This document shows positions 10,824-24,600 of a stretch of DNA of 64,000 nucleotides, piece after piece. The notes beneath the pieces are model-generated. The model was given only the letters and a program-made list of their open reading frames with translations, searched no databases and was not told the origin of the DNA. The translations under genes and the position numbers were made by a program. The DNA is from Psammoneis japonica (taxonomy: Eukaryota): NCBI GenBank assembly GCA_008632985.1, contig QPGO01000075.1, forward strand, positions 2,517-66,516. Reading direction: 5' to 3'. Positions within the stretch are counted from its first letter, which is position 1; each line of letters starts with the position of its first letter.

Positions 10824-13800
10824 CTAGAGTGTGACGTATTGTCCGCATACAACAGAGCGGACTGTAAAAAAGTCTTCGCACAACGGGCCCTCCACATCAA
10901 TCTTTCCGCTATCTTGATCTTTTTTTACAATAATCTTGCCGTTCACAACAAGTTTGGAGTAACCAGAGTGAGCACTGCATAGGTAAGGTACAAGAATAGA
11001 GAGAAGAGTAGTCTGAGCACACGAGAAAACATCAAGCAAGCGACATAGAAAGGATCGAGCTACAAACCTATATTCTGCCTTCATTCCTTGGGCAATAACC
11101 TCGGCACGAAGATCCGTCAGCAAAACGTCTCCGGCACTCAAGTAGAGACTTCCGGGTCGTTTCTTATCACGAGATGATTCGGACCGGGGAGCCAGGACGA
11201 TAGATCCATCTAGCGCCACCTTCTGTCCGGTTGCTACGGAGTCTAATAGACTCACTGTGTATTCTCCCAACTGAGCTTCGAAAGGTTCAACCGGTTCTGG
11301 TATCAGGGCTGAATCATCACCAGCTTCTGATGCCGCCGCTGCGGCTTCCTTTTCTTCCTTGGTAAGGAAAGGAGTGTCAATAAGCCTCACCGCATACGCA
11401 GCATGACCAACATTTAACTCTACCGTCTCCCCGTCAGACGGTGTAACGACTGCATTCTCCTTGCCCTTGCCCTGATCTTCCCCGGTCACAAAAGAACGCA
11501 CCGCGTCGGCCAAGAGTGCTACCTCAGTGGAAGACTCTGAATCGCCCTCGGAATCAGTTCCTCCCAAGATTACAACTTGCCCTGGCTGAAGAGCGCGGAT
11601 TGACTGCCTAGCGGACCGGGCATCCACACGGCCTTCTAAAGGAACGTAGGCGACCTCGGCCAGCACTTCCAGACGCCTTGGCATCGTGGACACCTTGATT
11701 GGAGGACCGTTGCGTCCTCTTATAATGCCGGTACCCTCTGACAAATCTGCCGCCTCCAGTGCCTGCTCGTTCATTTCATCTCCAATCCCTTCGTCGCCGT
11801 CCTATTATGGTGAGAACAAGAAATGAGCGAACTGCGAAGAAAGCAAGAGTAAGCCCTATTGTTCAATACCAGTGTCTTACCGTTCCCTGTCCAGAGGGAG
11901 CGTTTGCATCGCCCTTTGCCTTGGGAGCTTGTCCCATAGCTCGACCATCTACCCCAAAGCCAAAGCCTCTTCTCATTACCTCTTCTCCAATGCGGCCACT
12001 TCCTCCTACAAACCGAGAAGGATCAACGCCAGTGACAATGTCGACGAATCGCTCTGGAATGACAGCAATGCCATAATCATCCTCCAACACTTCGCCGGAA
12101 CGACCCACGGATTCCCCAATGCCATATTTTGCAGTTGAGTCGGACTGTCCGATCCCCACAGCCTCTTCTACCACCTCAAATGTTACTGCGGCAAAAGGAA
12201 ACAAAAACAATACCAAGGTGAGAGACAATTCAAGCGCATCAAAAAGAGGCTTTACCCCTTCTCTTTTTTAAACTTACAATGCAACGGCTTTGAGTACTTA
12301 AGGAACAGACTAGAGTCGAAACGGCTCTTCTTCTTGGGACGCTTGGCCACAAACTGTTGCTTCACCGGCTTTGCAGTCTTCTTGTCCTCGTCTTCCCCCA
12401 ATCTCAAGCGACCCTTGGCAAGTTCAACCTCCAGCATCATTGCTCGTTGTTCTTCTTGCTTTTGTTTGGCCAAGCGAGCAGCTTCTTCACGGGCTAGAAA
12501 TGCCTTGAGGGGAGCACCGGCCAAGGGCGCTCGATGTGGCACTTGCGCATCAACTTCAATTACATCGTCCATTTCTCGACCTGCCTTTTTTGCCTCGCAC
12601 CACTTGATCAAAAGCTGTGCCGACGTGCAATATTTAGACACTTGATCGGCGGGGATAACTGATCCAACAACCAATGCGCCACCTTCCTCAGTGTCTTCTT
12701 GTTGTTGCTGAGCTTCGGTCTCGGACGTGGTTGCGGTAGCTTCTGCAGCTGCGGCCGTCGTTACTGTTGCAGGCGCAGCAGTTGCAGCATCCTCGGTCGC
12801 GGTGGCAGAAGGGACAACTTGTGAAAGCGATCTTGAAATACACCGTGAGGAGTCTGTCAGCACAATTGCATTGTCTGGATTATCAGCCCATTTCAGCATG
12901 ACATCCCGTGCGGGACCACAGTCCAAAGTAGCGCCGGATGCTAATACCACAGTTGGATTTTGCTCTTCCTGAAGAAGTGCTTCGAATTCCGCTGTAGAGA
13001 CACAAAAATGAACGTTTCGAAATGCAAACGGGTGTCCTCGTTGTGAATCAAACATTTGACCCAACGGTGCCGCCATCCATTCCAGTTGAGCACGAGCGTA
13101 ATCCAACACGTTTGAAACCATGGGACCCAACCAAACCAAGTTATACGTGGCGCTCAATCGATGCTTCTCCCAATGCTGACTAAGCAGAAGAATTAACTCC
13201 ACGACTCTACCACTGGCATCGACTGGCAAAAGCACATTTCCGTCTCGCCGAAGAACCTGGAGAACGGTTTCCACAATAGCCTTATGCGATTGAGTCACAA
13301 GGGGCGGCGGTAGTGTTGGCTTGGGACCGCTGTATAATTGTGCCAAAGCGGGCATAGCGGGTCCACCCGGTCTCGTTATCAGCACATCAGGTGTAGAACC
13401 ATGCTTGAGTAGTGTTGCAGAGCCCAAATGCAATTCCTTCGCAATGTGATAGGTACTCGTTACTACCACAACAGTTTCATCCAAGAGTCGTTTTAGTACA
13501 TAAAAGGCGCCACCCACAACATGTCCAGCCTTATGAGGTGTAATTGACAGTGCCGGTTGATTTGTTTCTGGGTTATTGACAATAACGGACTGAGAATACT
13601 TGATAGTCCGCAGCGACGAGCACGCTACATCTATCTCGTCAAGCGTGTATGGGGGTGCTCCACCGTCTAAACTGGTACAAGCGTGAGCATCATACAGAGC
13701 CATTTGTCCCATCTTAACGGTCGGAAAGGTTGCATACAACTGTCCTGGTTGTTCACGGCTTGTTGATAATACAGAGGCAGGCCACCCATGGCACCCAAGG

Positions 13801-13987
13801 TCGAATCCGTAAGAATTAGGATCTCATGCGGGGGAAGTGTGGGAAAGTCAGCGGCTGATTTACTGTCGTCCCAACCCACATTGCATAACACACGAACGCC
13901 TCCATATTCTACTAGTGTACAAGATGGTGTTTGAGAGGATATACCATCACCTTGACGGCTACCGTAAATGGGCGTCACCCTCAACAT
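10824..13987 (-). CDS. CPSF2: Cleavage and polyadenylation specificity factor subunit 2 (CPSF100)
   Basis: YATFPTVKMGQMALYD, AGHVVGG, LRRDGNVLLPVDASGRVVEL and a C-terminal IDVEGPLCEDFFTVRSVV. Introns at 12186-12277, 11802-11880 and 10975-11067. Apparent frame discontinuity near 13745. Confidence 0.9.
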
Positions 13988-14149
13988 CGTCGCTGCCCAT
14001 GATCGGTGCGAACTGCGTTGCGAGCGATGTGAGATGCGAAGTGTTAATAGGCTATGAGCTATGATTCCGACGACCAAAGCGAGGAGTCTATGAATGTGAC
14101 GAAATTGCGGCAATTTTTTCATATTCGTGGCCGGTTTAAAGGAAAAGGG

Positions 14150-17100
14150 AAAAAAGGAGGGGATTCCGACAATTGAACACACACACAATTTGACCATGCA
14201 ACCAGGGCCAGAGTTGCACTGGCTTCTTTTGGTCCAGGGTGGTTGCTGCAGGTGCAAAGAGTGGGGCACATTGCAGCTGCAGGAGGGCAACAATGTGACT
14301 CTGAGTGTGTGCTGCCAAGCTGAGAAGCCCAGCTTGGTTGTGAGCCAAGCCCTGCCAGGCCTGCTGCCCTGGCTCCACAGCTGCTCCTCCCAGTGTGTGC
14401 ATCAATTGTTGAAGGAGCACCACATTGACTCAAAGGCTGTGTTTTGGGTGGAACAGAGAGGGAAAGAATTGTTGTCCTCTTGACTGGTGCTTGCTTCAGA
14501 CCCCGCATCATGAGCACAAGCTCCTCTTGAGAAATGAGTGAGAGACACTTCACACAGTCATTTTTGGTGCCTCTCTTTGGCTGCCCACTTGGCATTGCCA
14601 ACAAACTCTTGAACCCAACCTCACTCACTCAACTTTTTGTTGGCTTTTTTGTGGCCAGGGATCACTGTTGCAGGCACAAATGGTGGGCACATGCCATGTG
14701 GCTCTGCTTGGCAACAATGTGATGCCAAGCAAGCATGTGCCACCCACCAAGGAGCCAAGCAGCCCAGCTCAGCTTTGAATGGAGCTCCAGGACAGCAGCC
14801 AGCTCTCAGTGCTTCCAGCATGGCTTGCTTGCTCAAGCTGTGCTGCATTCACCCCACAATGCTCTGTGTTGTGGTGGCTTGTTGCAAGCCATGAGGAGTC
14901 TGCAGTTGGCCAGGGGCCCATTTTGCAAAGGCCACACATGTTGTGTGAGGGGCCAGGTGCAGAGATCTGCAACAATGGCTTTGTGGCTGTTGGCACCAAG
15001 TTGGCATTTGATTGGGAGCCAGTGCTGAGGGGCTGTGAAGTGGCTGTGCTGGGGTCAGGAGCCCAGCCAGCTCACACTCTCTTGTTGTCACAAATTGCTG
15101 TCACAGCTGTCTTTGCATTGCAACCAGCCAGGTGCAGTTGGTCCCAAGCTGGCACTTGATTTGGAGTGACTGCCAAGGAACTGTGAAGTGTGGGGTTGGG
15201 CAGTCCAGCCAGCTCACACTCTTTGCTGACAGCAGAAAGTGCTGTCGCACCTGTCTTTGCATTGTGGTGCCAGCCAGGCACACATGGCCAGAGCAGCCTT
15301 GGCACATCCTGCTGACAAAACTGGCAAAACAGCAACTCTTGTGGTTGGGCAAGCATGCAGGCAGTCTGGGCACACCCCTGGGAAGTCAAACAGGAAGGAG
15401 GGCTCAGCATTGCCGCCAGTGCCAGAAACATGCTCAGCAGCTTGTCTTGAGAGAGATTCGAGCCCACACAGCCCGAGCTGGGTGTCTTGGCTGGCAGGTT
15501 GGAAAGCATTCTTGAGCACAGTCTGGTGTGTGGGTGGCACTGTCACCAAGAGAGCTGCTCTGCAGAGGAAGAGGGAAACAGGCAACAGCATTTTGCAAGA
15601 ACTGTTTTTTTTTTCAATGGTTGGGTGGGATGGGGCAGCATCTGGACTTTGACGGAGCATTTGGCGGACAAAGCTTGAGCACAGAGAGCTGTCCACTCAA
15701 ACTCCACAAGTGGCACATTCCAAAGGTGACACCACACATGGGCCATTTGTTCATGCATCAACATGCATCAAGCTGCAAGTCTCACAAAAAACCACCACCA
15801 ACCTTTCAACCAACCACCATGGAGGAGAGAACAGGGCAAGAGGTTCGAAACAAGAGCGATTCGTTGACTCTCTTCTTGTTTCATGCATTCAAGAGCTTCT
15901 TGTCCTTCTTGAACATTTGTTGTGCATTGTTGTCTCTTTTAATTCAAGTGCAAAGAGGAATCACTTTTCTTGTTTCTTTCTCTTGAGGGGTTGTTGGTTG
16001 TTGAGTGATTCAATTTTTGTTGTCACATTTTTGGAAATGTTGGCAAACCCGATCACTGGCTTGATTGTCAACCCATTCACCATTTTGAGTCTCCATGGCA
16101 TAAAATGCCACAAGCCCAGAGCCCTCAATTGTTTCATCAAACACAGTGCTTTGCACACGTCCAACATCAACTCGACTCAGTTGAAATCCCAATTTGTGGG
16201 CGATGAAAAATCACGAATGTCAAACAAATGGCCACTTTCGACACCAACATCCCCGAGTTCAATCCAAATGTGACGGCATGCCTTGCAGCTCATGACCATG
16301 ACACATGCAAGCATGCTTCATTGTTGTCATCACGCACTCACATTGAAAATGCCAACAGATCAAAGTTTGCGAAAAGGATGGAACACAAACTCATTTGTGT
16401 GTTCATTGGTGGCATTGGAATGATGACATCAAGGGCAGAAGGGATCTAAAATCCTCACTCATCATTGACATTTCTGCATTGCTCAGAATTTGAAATCTGG
16501 CCACTGCCGTCAAGCATTCAGCTTTCTTTGTGTCAAAGTGCAAAGACACTTGACGATTTGCACCAATCATGTGGCTGTCTCTGTGTCGAAGTGGGGGTGA
16601 CACTTGACGTTTTACACTGTTCATTTAGCTTGCTTTGACTTGAAGTCAAATGTCAAGTTTGGGTTGTGGGCTTGTCGTTGTTCAGCCACGATCATGAAGT
16701 CTTTGCCGCTTTTGCTTTTACGTGGTGACAAATGACAAAGACACAAGTGCAAACAATGACATCACAGCGGACATCCTTTCTGTCTTCTGAAGCACTCATT
16801 TTTTGTTTGATGCCCATCGCATAAAAAGGAGCAAAGATGGTGGCACAACAGCGCCATCCGAGCACAATGTCTGCAGCCTGTGCACGATCGCTTGGGTGTG
16901 CACAGTGCTGTGCAAACGGTCACATCTGATGCCGACAATCTGCAGGCGAACGCCAAGAGGTCAACCGGTGGAAATCCAAAAAACAGGCAGATCTGATGAG
17001 TGCGAATGCTCGTGTCAAGTCCGACACAATGTGCCACGTTGAAATTTTGGTTCTCGGCGCCGCCAACTGGGCGACGCACAGAAGACAAAAATGAAGTGCT

Positions 17101-18300
17101 GCACAGCATGCATTGTTTTTCATTGATGCCTCATCATTTTTCCTTGTTCTCTTTGACATCACATGGCCAAACAATGTTGATGATGATTTGGATGAAACCT
17201 GCATTGTCGATCGTGGCGTTCATTTGTTTCTGGCTGCTCACCAGCACTCTCCTGAGACCGATGCTGGCCCCTTTGCCGTGGGATCTTCCACTGCACTCTG
17301 CTGCTCTGCCTGCAACGTGGGTTGTGTCACCTGCATGGTGAGTGCTGGGCTGTCTGTGGGCATGGTTGGACCTCTCTCGTTGCCGCTGGTGCAGCTTGTT
17401 CTGCCGTTCAGGGCTCGTGCATGGCGGCCTGGGTGTGTTGCTGTCATGTCGGCTGCGCCAACTCCCTGGAGACGGGCTCCAGTCCCAGGTGGGACTCCGT
17501 GTGACATTGGGCCTGCAGAATTCTGCGTGCGAGCTCTGCAGCAAATTTGTGCTGCAATGACAACACGAATGATTGCCAACAGAAAAAGAGGCAATTTCAC
17601 GAACGCATCTCCTCCTTCATGCTTGGAGCACATCATTGACAGTTTGCCCGGGTGTGTTCTTCAGACATTGAAGAACATGCCCAGTGCATTTTCATTCTCA
17701 TGAATGTTGAAAATGGAAAGCCTTTGGCTTCGCAAAACAGGGAGTGTGAAACAATTTCACAGAATTTCACACGCAGAAATGTGCGCGCGCGACATGCGAC
17801 GCGATCCAAAAAACTGTTGATGTCACAGTGCAGCAGCACGAGGTCCCACCTGGAGCTGGAGCACGTCTGGAGAAACCCTGCGAATGATTTCTGTTCTTTT
17901 TTTTGCACAATCCTTGGGTCACAAGTTGTCACAGGAGGCAGAATTTTGCAGCAAACATTTGCGCGCTGTGTGCGCCGTCGCTCGGATTCTCGTGTCTTTT
18001 CCACCCGATGCCCAGCGCACAATTCTCCACCAGGTGCAGCTTTCTCTGCAAAACCAAGTCATTGTTCTTTGCACGGCATTTCCTAAAAGTCAGCAGCAGG
18101 AATGTGGCAGCATGGATGGCAGGGCTCGGCCAACTTGCGGCGCACGTCATCTCGCTTTCTGCTTGAAAGTGCGTGCCGGTGCACTCTGGTGGTCACTGCG
18201 GTGTTCTCCAGAGAGCAAAGGCTTCAGCCACAGAGAGGTGTTCTTGTTCTGTAGGGCCTGCTTTCTACCAGGAGCATTGTACAGTTTATTCGGATGCGCT
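14150..18300. repeat. Degenerate repeat/transposon-derived domain, TpA-depleted (also CpG-depleted at 14.15-15.9 kb)
   Basis: Almost no TA, internal diverged repeats (e.g. CCAGCCAGCTCACACTCT near 15063 and 15206), and homology to 46.7-47.1 kb. No recognisable protein. Confidence 0.6.
17461..17880 (-). repeat. Dispersed repeat, inverted homolog of 46680-47070
   Basis: CCAGTCCCAGGTGGGACTCCGTGTGACATTGGGCC..GCAGAATTCTGCGTGCGAGCTC is the reverse complement of ~47004-47060. ORF fragments SRWDLVLLHCDINSFL and SRWDLALLNCDIDSFL are shared. Confidence 0.85.
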
Positions 18301-18754
18301 CAATTGTTTCCCTCTTCTGTGGAGGTCAGTTCTTCCTCCATGATCGCTGTGTGCTTTGTACATGTCTTCGCCACGAATGCTGTTATGAAAGTTTTGGCGC
18401 CACAATTTTTATGGAATCATGCCATCACATTATAAATATTATTCATTCTCTATTAAAATTTATCATGGAAGTTTGGCGCCACTTTCTGCTGAACCGAAAT
18501 TTTCATGATGCTCAAGGTATCCTGTTCGAGTTCGCAAGGTTCACGTCAAACGTCCATTTCACTCTTTGTTCACCACGGGAGCTGATGCCAAGAATTCGAC
18601 CGAAAGAACGTGTCTATTCTGAATCAGCGAGAACCCTGTCTACTAGGCTACTGTGGTCGAATCAGTGCTTTAGTATTTGAAAAAGAAAGGTACCACTCCG
18701 GGGTTGCGTTCTCTCGCTTGATTGCTCTCATTTCATTCTGATTTAGGGGGCATC

Positions 18755-20035
18755 ATGTGTGAAGAACGAAACGGCTTTCATCATGGCTCAGGCCGCTCGA
18801 GTGGTACTACGACTACTCGACAACGTTGGAAGAAGATCTTCATTGTCACCTTTGGGGTTCTTTTGGCACTTATCGCCCGTCCCTTGGTAAACGCCAATAC
18901 TCGTCATCGTCTCCACAACACGGTTCGCGCCTTTTACTCATTAGCCACCATGCCATCACAAGACTGGGATTTGTACTACGAATCGCTTGATAAAGTCATG
19001 ACAAAGGATGCTATTGAAACTGAGCAGGACGAACGTCTCGTCCGAGCTTGGTACAAGGTAGTAAACTACTTTTGCGATTTGGGGAATCTTGAGAAAATGT
19101 ACATTCCTCCCCTTGTTGATCCCGCATTGGGATTGGAAGAAAACCAGTTGCTTATTGAGAACAAAATGGCTTTGGGGGGCGCCAGTCTTTCCTGGAATGC
19201 TTCCTACATTAACAAAGTAGGTGATACTCTTCCAGAGAAATACCAGCAACGCTACGTTGTAGACAAAGCAACAGGTCAGAAAACAATACTACCCGTAGGC
19301 CAGGCCATGTCTGTAGAGCATGAGCAGCGCCCTATGGAAATTGCCGATCTGGGCTGTGGCAAGGGCAGAGTAATGCATGATATGACTAGATACACTCAGG
19401 GTAAGGCCACTGGCATCAACATTGACACTTCGCAACTGAGGAATGCTTTGCAATTTGCCCTAGACAGGGATCTCTGGCCTCAAACGCTGGACTTTCGTCA
19501 AGGAAGTCTCAACGACAAGTTACCGTTTGAAGATGAATCGATTGATTTCATATACGAGATTGGGGCGTTCACGTACATGATTGACAAACTGCAAGTGTTC
19601 CAGGAGATGTTTCGCGTCTTGAGACCCGGTGGAGCGTTTTGTTATAATGATTGGACCGTATTGGAGGCGTTCGATCCGAATGATCCAGCTCAAGTTGAGA
19701 AAATTGGTCGTATCAAAAAGTTTAGTGGTCTCATTGAGCTTCATCAGCCGCATCAGCTCGCAGCAGTGGCGAAAGAAGCTGGCTTTGAGGTGGTCTGGAA
19801 TCGACACGGTGGATACTTGGCGAATCCTTCCAGTGGATTGCTGGGGCAGATGGAGAGTTCGTTTTGGTTCGCAGACGTCTTTATGAGTGCAATCACGCCA
19901 ATTATGCCTAAACGGTTGGCGAAATTCTGGGCTACACTCCGAGCCTATGGAGGAGCTGAAATCGTTGTAGAGAGCATGGACAAGCAGTGGCTGGACGTTG
20001 GGCATATCTTTCTTATTCGAAAACCTTACTCGTAA
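18755..20035 (+). CDS. SAM-dependent methyltransferase, sterol 24-C-methyltransferase-like, with an N-terminal TM segment
   Basis: Motif I IADLGCGKG, GINID, LPFEDESIDFIYEI and FRVLRPGG. First ATG at 18755. Normal Tyr/TpA content. Confidence 0.8.
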   Translation: MCEERNGFHHGSGRSSGTTTTRQRWKKIFIVTFGVLLALIARPLVNANTRHRLHNTVRAFYSLATMPSQDWDLYYESLDKVMTKDAIETEQDERLVRAWYKVVNYFCDLGNLEKMYIPPLVDPALGLEENQLLIENKMALGGASLSWNASYINKVGDTLPEKYQQRYVVDKATGQKTILPVGQAMSVEHEQRPMEIADLGCGKGRVMHDMTRYTQGKATGINIDTSQLRNALQFALDRDLWPQTLDFRQGSLNDKLPFEDESIDFIYEIGAFTYMIDKLQVFQEMFRVLRPGGAFCYNDWTVLEAFDPNDPAQVEKIGRIKKFSGLIELHQPHQLAAVAKEAGFEVVWNRHGGYLANPSSGLLGQMESSFWFADVFMSAITPIMPKRLAKFWATLRAYGGAEIVVESMDKQWLDVGHIFLIRKPYS

Positions 20036-20421
20036 TCAACAAGAATGATACGGGACTGTATGTTACGATATATGTGGGCTGTGATTGATTGTGTTTGGTT
20101 GTCAAGGGAGTCTTCCTTAATCCTGACTGTATGTGCTACTTTACTGTTAATAAGAGTACTGTAAACAAAAGTTGTCATCTAAAAAAGTTCGCGAAGAGGT
20201 CCTCTTGCCTCTCTTCTTTTTCTGTTGTTCAGAAAGTTAATTGAGTTCACAGACAGAGACCCCATAAGAAGTATTTAAGCGGGTCTTTCTCAGCCCGGAG
20301 TGTACGTGTTACTTAATCGCAGAGCTCCGATGTGTAGTCGGTAGCTGTACTATAGAAAGTAAAGGTTTGTCAGGCTAGGCTACGCAGTTGTACCTTAATT
20401 GAAACGAGTTCTACTTATGTT

Positions 20422-21207
20422 CTAATTCTCTTTTTTCTTTGAGTCAGGACTCGGCACGGGAGGTACAACGCCCTGCAGCGGCTGCGAGAAGTGATTATCA
20501 AAGAATACTTTAGATGGCTCGAATCTCAAGGTCTTTTTGCCCGAGGCAGGTGGAGCCCCGGCGGCAGTTCCCAAAGCCACCAACACGGTCGGAGTGTAGC
20601 GTCTGGGCAATCCCAAAGCTTTACGGGTCCGGTTTGAATCAAAGCCTTCCATGGGGGATGTGGCCCACCCTTCTTCCGTGGCGGCCAACAAAAACGTTGA
20701 TACGGGAAACATTGTCTGCTTAATGGCCCAAGTGCGCGTCGATTCTCCCACCATGGCCGTCATGACGGGATGAAACAAACCCATAACGGGAAAAAGTAAA
20801 GCTTTCAACATTGACACTAGCCAATTCAAGGGTTTCACATGCCAGGCAACCAATTTGAGGGGTAACCCGACCTTCTTTAAAGTGGTTTCCTTGTCATAGC
20901 CAGAGGCGGCACTGAGATCTCCCAGTCGATCCAGATTGCGGGTCGGTTCCAAGTCGGCACAAAAGACAAGCGTCGCTGCAGCCTGTCGAATCCGATCTTG
21001 ATTCCCTGCAAACGCCGCCTGAATCACCTGCTCTGACTCGTGGGACCCGCGTCGGACCACAATTGCAACCCAACCTTGACTGTTGAAGCAAGTCGGAGCC
21101 CTCTGTGTTAGGGCAAGAATCTTATGAAGGCGTTCCTCATCCAAGGTGTCGTCGTCGCGAAATTCCTTGCACGCATACCGAGTCAAAATGGCGTCGCTGA
21201 CTTTCAT
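20422..21207 (-). CDS. Nitroreductase family (FMN-binding) protein
   Basis: AILTRYACKEF, RAPTCFNSQGW and GWATSPMEGFD. Likely ATG at 21207; the upstream in-frame extension runs into the transposon end. Confidence 0.88.
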   Translation of the reverse strand: MKVSDAILTRYACKEFRDDDTLDEERLHKILALTQRAPTCFNSQGWVAIVVRRGSHESEQVIQAAFAGNQDRIRQAAATLVFCADLEPTRNLDRLGDLSAASGYDKETTLKKVGLPLKLVAWHVKPLNWLVSMLKALLFPVMGLFHPVMTAMVGESTRTWAIKQTMFPVSTFLLAATEEGWATSPMEGFDSNRTRKALGLPRRYTPTVLVALGTAAGAPPASGKKTLRFEPSKVFFDNHFSQPLQGVVPPVPSPDSKKKEN

Positions 21208-21626
21208 GATTTCATTCACTTGCCCTGTCTCATGGACAATTCGTTGTTTTCTGTTACCGTACGTATTGGAGGTCTTGCATCGGCATTGTAAAACCCCATC
21301 AGATCTGAAAGATCTGTTACGACGATTCTTGAGAATCTGCGATTCTTGAGAATCCGGACCTGGAATTTTGTGAAAACCGTTTTTTAAGAATCGGACCTCG
21401 TGCAAATTTCCCATTTGTTGTGAACCACCGATTCTCCAGAATCACGGTCACCGATTCACAAGAATTCCCTTTTTGGCCATTTTCCGGATTCTCAAGAATC
21501 CCAGACATGCTCAAGACGTGGCACCCTTGCTCTTCGGCCTCCTCCTTCTTTGCTCCTGTTTTCACTTTGTGCCATTCTGTTGTTCTTCTTGGCCGAGATT
21601 GACCCCACGTTGTTGCATCCACCGCC

Positions 21627-24600
21627 ATGTCCGTTGCTCTCCCTCCCAACCAACCAGACGCCACTGTCCTCACATCTCCTGAGAAGGTGAGGGCCGTCTT
21701 CATGGAGACCAAACACCGTGAAGCTTTCAACTTGATTGCCTTTGGCATCAAGGACAACCAATTTGATGATGTCTCGCTTGTGAACAACTCCAAGTTGATG
21801 CTTCGTTCTGAGTGGGAAACAAGGGTTCGAGCTGTCAAGTTCTGGAACACCGGATTAGATGGGCTTGACAAAAAGGAGTTCCGCAAGCAATTTGGCAACC
21901 AAGCTTGCTCCTGGGTTCACACCCACCTTGTAGAGACGAATGACTTTGGTTGCAACACTCTCTTCCGAATCAAGAAGAACTCCGACGGAGAGATTGTTTC
22001 CAAGCTCGTGGTTGCTCACCTTGAGCAGACATTTGATGTCGTGGCGCAGCACCATCACCAGACGGGCGGTCATCTAAAGCTTGCACGCACATTCAATGAC
22101 ACAAAGAAAAAATGCTGCAATGTGACTGAACAGCTGGTTTCCCACTGCATTGATCTGTGCCCCACTTGCAGCAAGGCCCAGCCGTCTGTGGCAAGAGTTG
22201 AGGGGGCTCGTGTCCCAATCGTGAGCCGGAGTTTTCGTGACAGGTTCCAGATGGACCTTGTCGACTGCCGAAAGGACCCTTGCCAGTTCTACCCAGGGGA
22301 CCCAAACTCCCCGACCATGAAGTGGCTCATGGTTTTGAAAGATCACTGCACCAGGTTGCTCTGGACCACTGCCATTCCCTCCAAGGAAGCAAAATGGGTT
22401 GCCAAGGAGTTCTGCCACATTTGTTCTTTGATCGGCTGCCCCCTTGTAAGCCACGCAGACAACGGGAAGGAGTTCACAGCAGATCAAGTGACTGAAGCCA
22501 TCCAGGAGCTCAACCCGTGCTGCAGCGCTGTCCAGGGTGGTGCCAGAATGCCTTGGCACCAGGGTTCCGTGGAGCGCTCAAACCACCCCATTAAATCGGC
22601 CATCGCTTTGCTTGTCGAGGAAGAGATCTGCAAGGGAAACACCAATGCATCATGGGTGATGGAGCACCCCAAGGCAATGGCGTCTCTCAATGCAACTGCC
22701 AACAAAGGAAAAAGTGAGTGCTCTGCCTGCTTCCATGTCTTTGGCATGGAGTTCCATGAACTCCTGACAACCGTTCCCCTTGCAAACCTGCAAAGTGCCA
22801 AGACTGTTGCTGAGAGATGCACCATCATTGGTGGAGACTACAAGAGGAAGATGCTGGCAATGGGTGAGGTCACGGAAGAAGAGATTGCTGCTGTTGTTTC
22901 CAGCAAAATTGGTCCATCGAATCTCTCCACCACTGACTCTGTTGCTTCAGCCGGCTGTCCTCCTCCTTTGGGCACAGGCAATCTCACTGCCGACTTCCAC
23001 GCAGAAACGTCCTCTCCCTCTCCCAAAAAATTGAATGCCTCCGCATCTGCAGTTGCTTTGTTCTCGCCAATCAAGTCTGGCAAAAGCAATGGAGAGCAAC
23101 CCGCATTGCCACGCTCGCCAGCAGACACGGAACAACCAAACCCCCCCCCCTCCTTCGATTGCAGCCAAGGCATCACCAAACAATGTGGAGGCACCCCCGG
23201 CCAATTCAGCCGGTGTGCTGTCCAAGCGTGTGCATCCAAGGAATCACCAAACAATGAGGAGCCACCCAAAGCCAATTCAATCACTGTGCCAACCAAATTG
23301 GTCACAGCCAAGGAATCACCCACTGACATGGAGGTTGAAAAAGAACCACAAACCACTGTGGGTCTGCCAACAGTGTTGCCAACAGACACAGAGCTGTCCA
23401 AAGCCGGGGTTGCCAAGGCACAAGCAAAGCTGGAGCAATTTTTCCCGGCTGCAACACTGAAGACGCAAGTTGCCAACCAAAAATTTTGGTCGAAGTTTCC
23501 CTTCAACCGTCGGGTGGCTTTGTCAAGCACAAGACACCGTGTGACCCTGGATGATGGCACCACACCAAAGTGTGTTTATCCACAACTTGATTGCCCCAGG
23601 TGCTGCCTGTCGGGCAAACCTTTCAAGGTTGCATGCCATGACAACGATTGCATCCACAACAGCAGGAGCAGAAGCCGATGGTTTGACACACAATTTGTCT
23701 CAAGTTTTGCACAGTTGCTTGCAGACGAGGGTCACCCGCAAAACACAAGGATGCTTCATGTCATGCATGGGGCAACGTCCTTGGCTCAACTTCAAGGGTC
23801 GTTGAACAGCCAACCAATCTCGCTTTCAGGGTCAGTCACAACTCTCTGCTCTGTAGCCAACCGGTCGTCACATTTTGCTGTGCTTAAATTTTTGTTGCCG
23901 CAAAAAACCATTCAAGTTTTTGAGGGCCTTGGGTGCAAACTCACCACCTGGAATGACGAAATCATGTGCACTCTCAAGAGGTGCGGCCTTGTGTCCAAGG
24001 ATTCACAAGCAAGACGTGTCTTGGAACATGAAGAGAATGGAACTCCACCAGCAGCCAAGAATTGTCGTTCAGGTGCATGGAAAGTGCAAAGAGGAGAGGT
24101 GTCAGCAGCTCAAACGGACACCCACAGCTGCGGCCCTCGTGCTTGCGTTTTACTTTGGGACATTCTGTCACCCGGAACAATGCCCTTGCCCTTGCAATTG
24201 TTGTCTCCTGACAATTGTCGCCTTGCTGTGATGAACAAGTGTCACGATCTTTTGGAAAATGAACAATCAAAAGATTTGCACTTTCTCCAAAAAGTCAAGG
24301 GTGTCACTGTTGACTGGGAAGAAGAAGAGCATCATCCAAAAGTTCCCAACTCTGATGTTGTCATGATTGACCAAGAAGATCCCACAGTGCCTCAAAGGAT
24401 TCGTTGTGGATTGTGCCTTGACGAGGAGCTTCCGGTGGACATGGCGCTTCATTGCTGCCAACTGACTTTGCATTTGCACTGTGTGCTGGGCTGCCTTGAC
24501 TCTGACAGTTTGTGCCCCTGCTGCCACTCAGAAATTGACGAGGCTTGTTTCGAAAAACTCAATGATGACGATGTCAAGTTGCTTCTGGCAAGGTCTGCAG

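Noticed and set aside
14119..18435. Many 60-200 aa ORFs in all frames (likewise 57.6-64 kb)
   Set aside because: No recognisable motifs; expected by-product of TAA/TAG loss.
21208..21414. 69-aa N-terminal extension of the nitroreductase ORF
   Set aside because: Runs into the transposon end and its palindromes; family similarity starts at MKVSDAIL.
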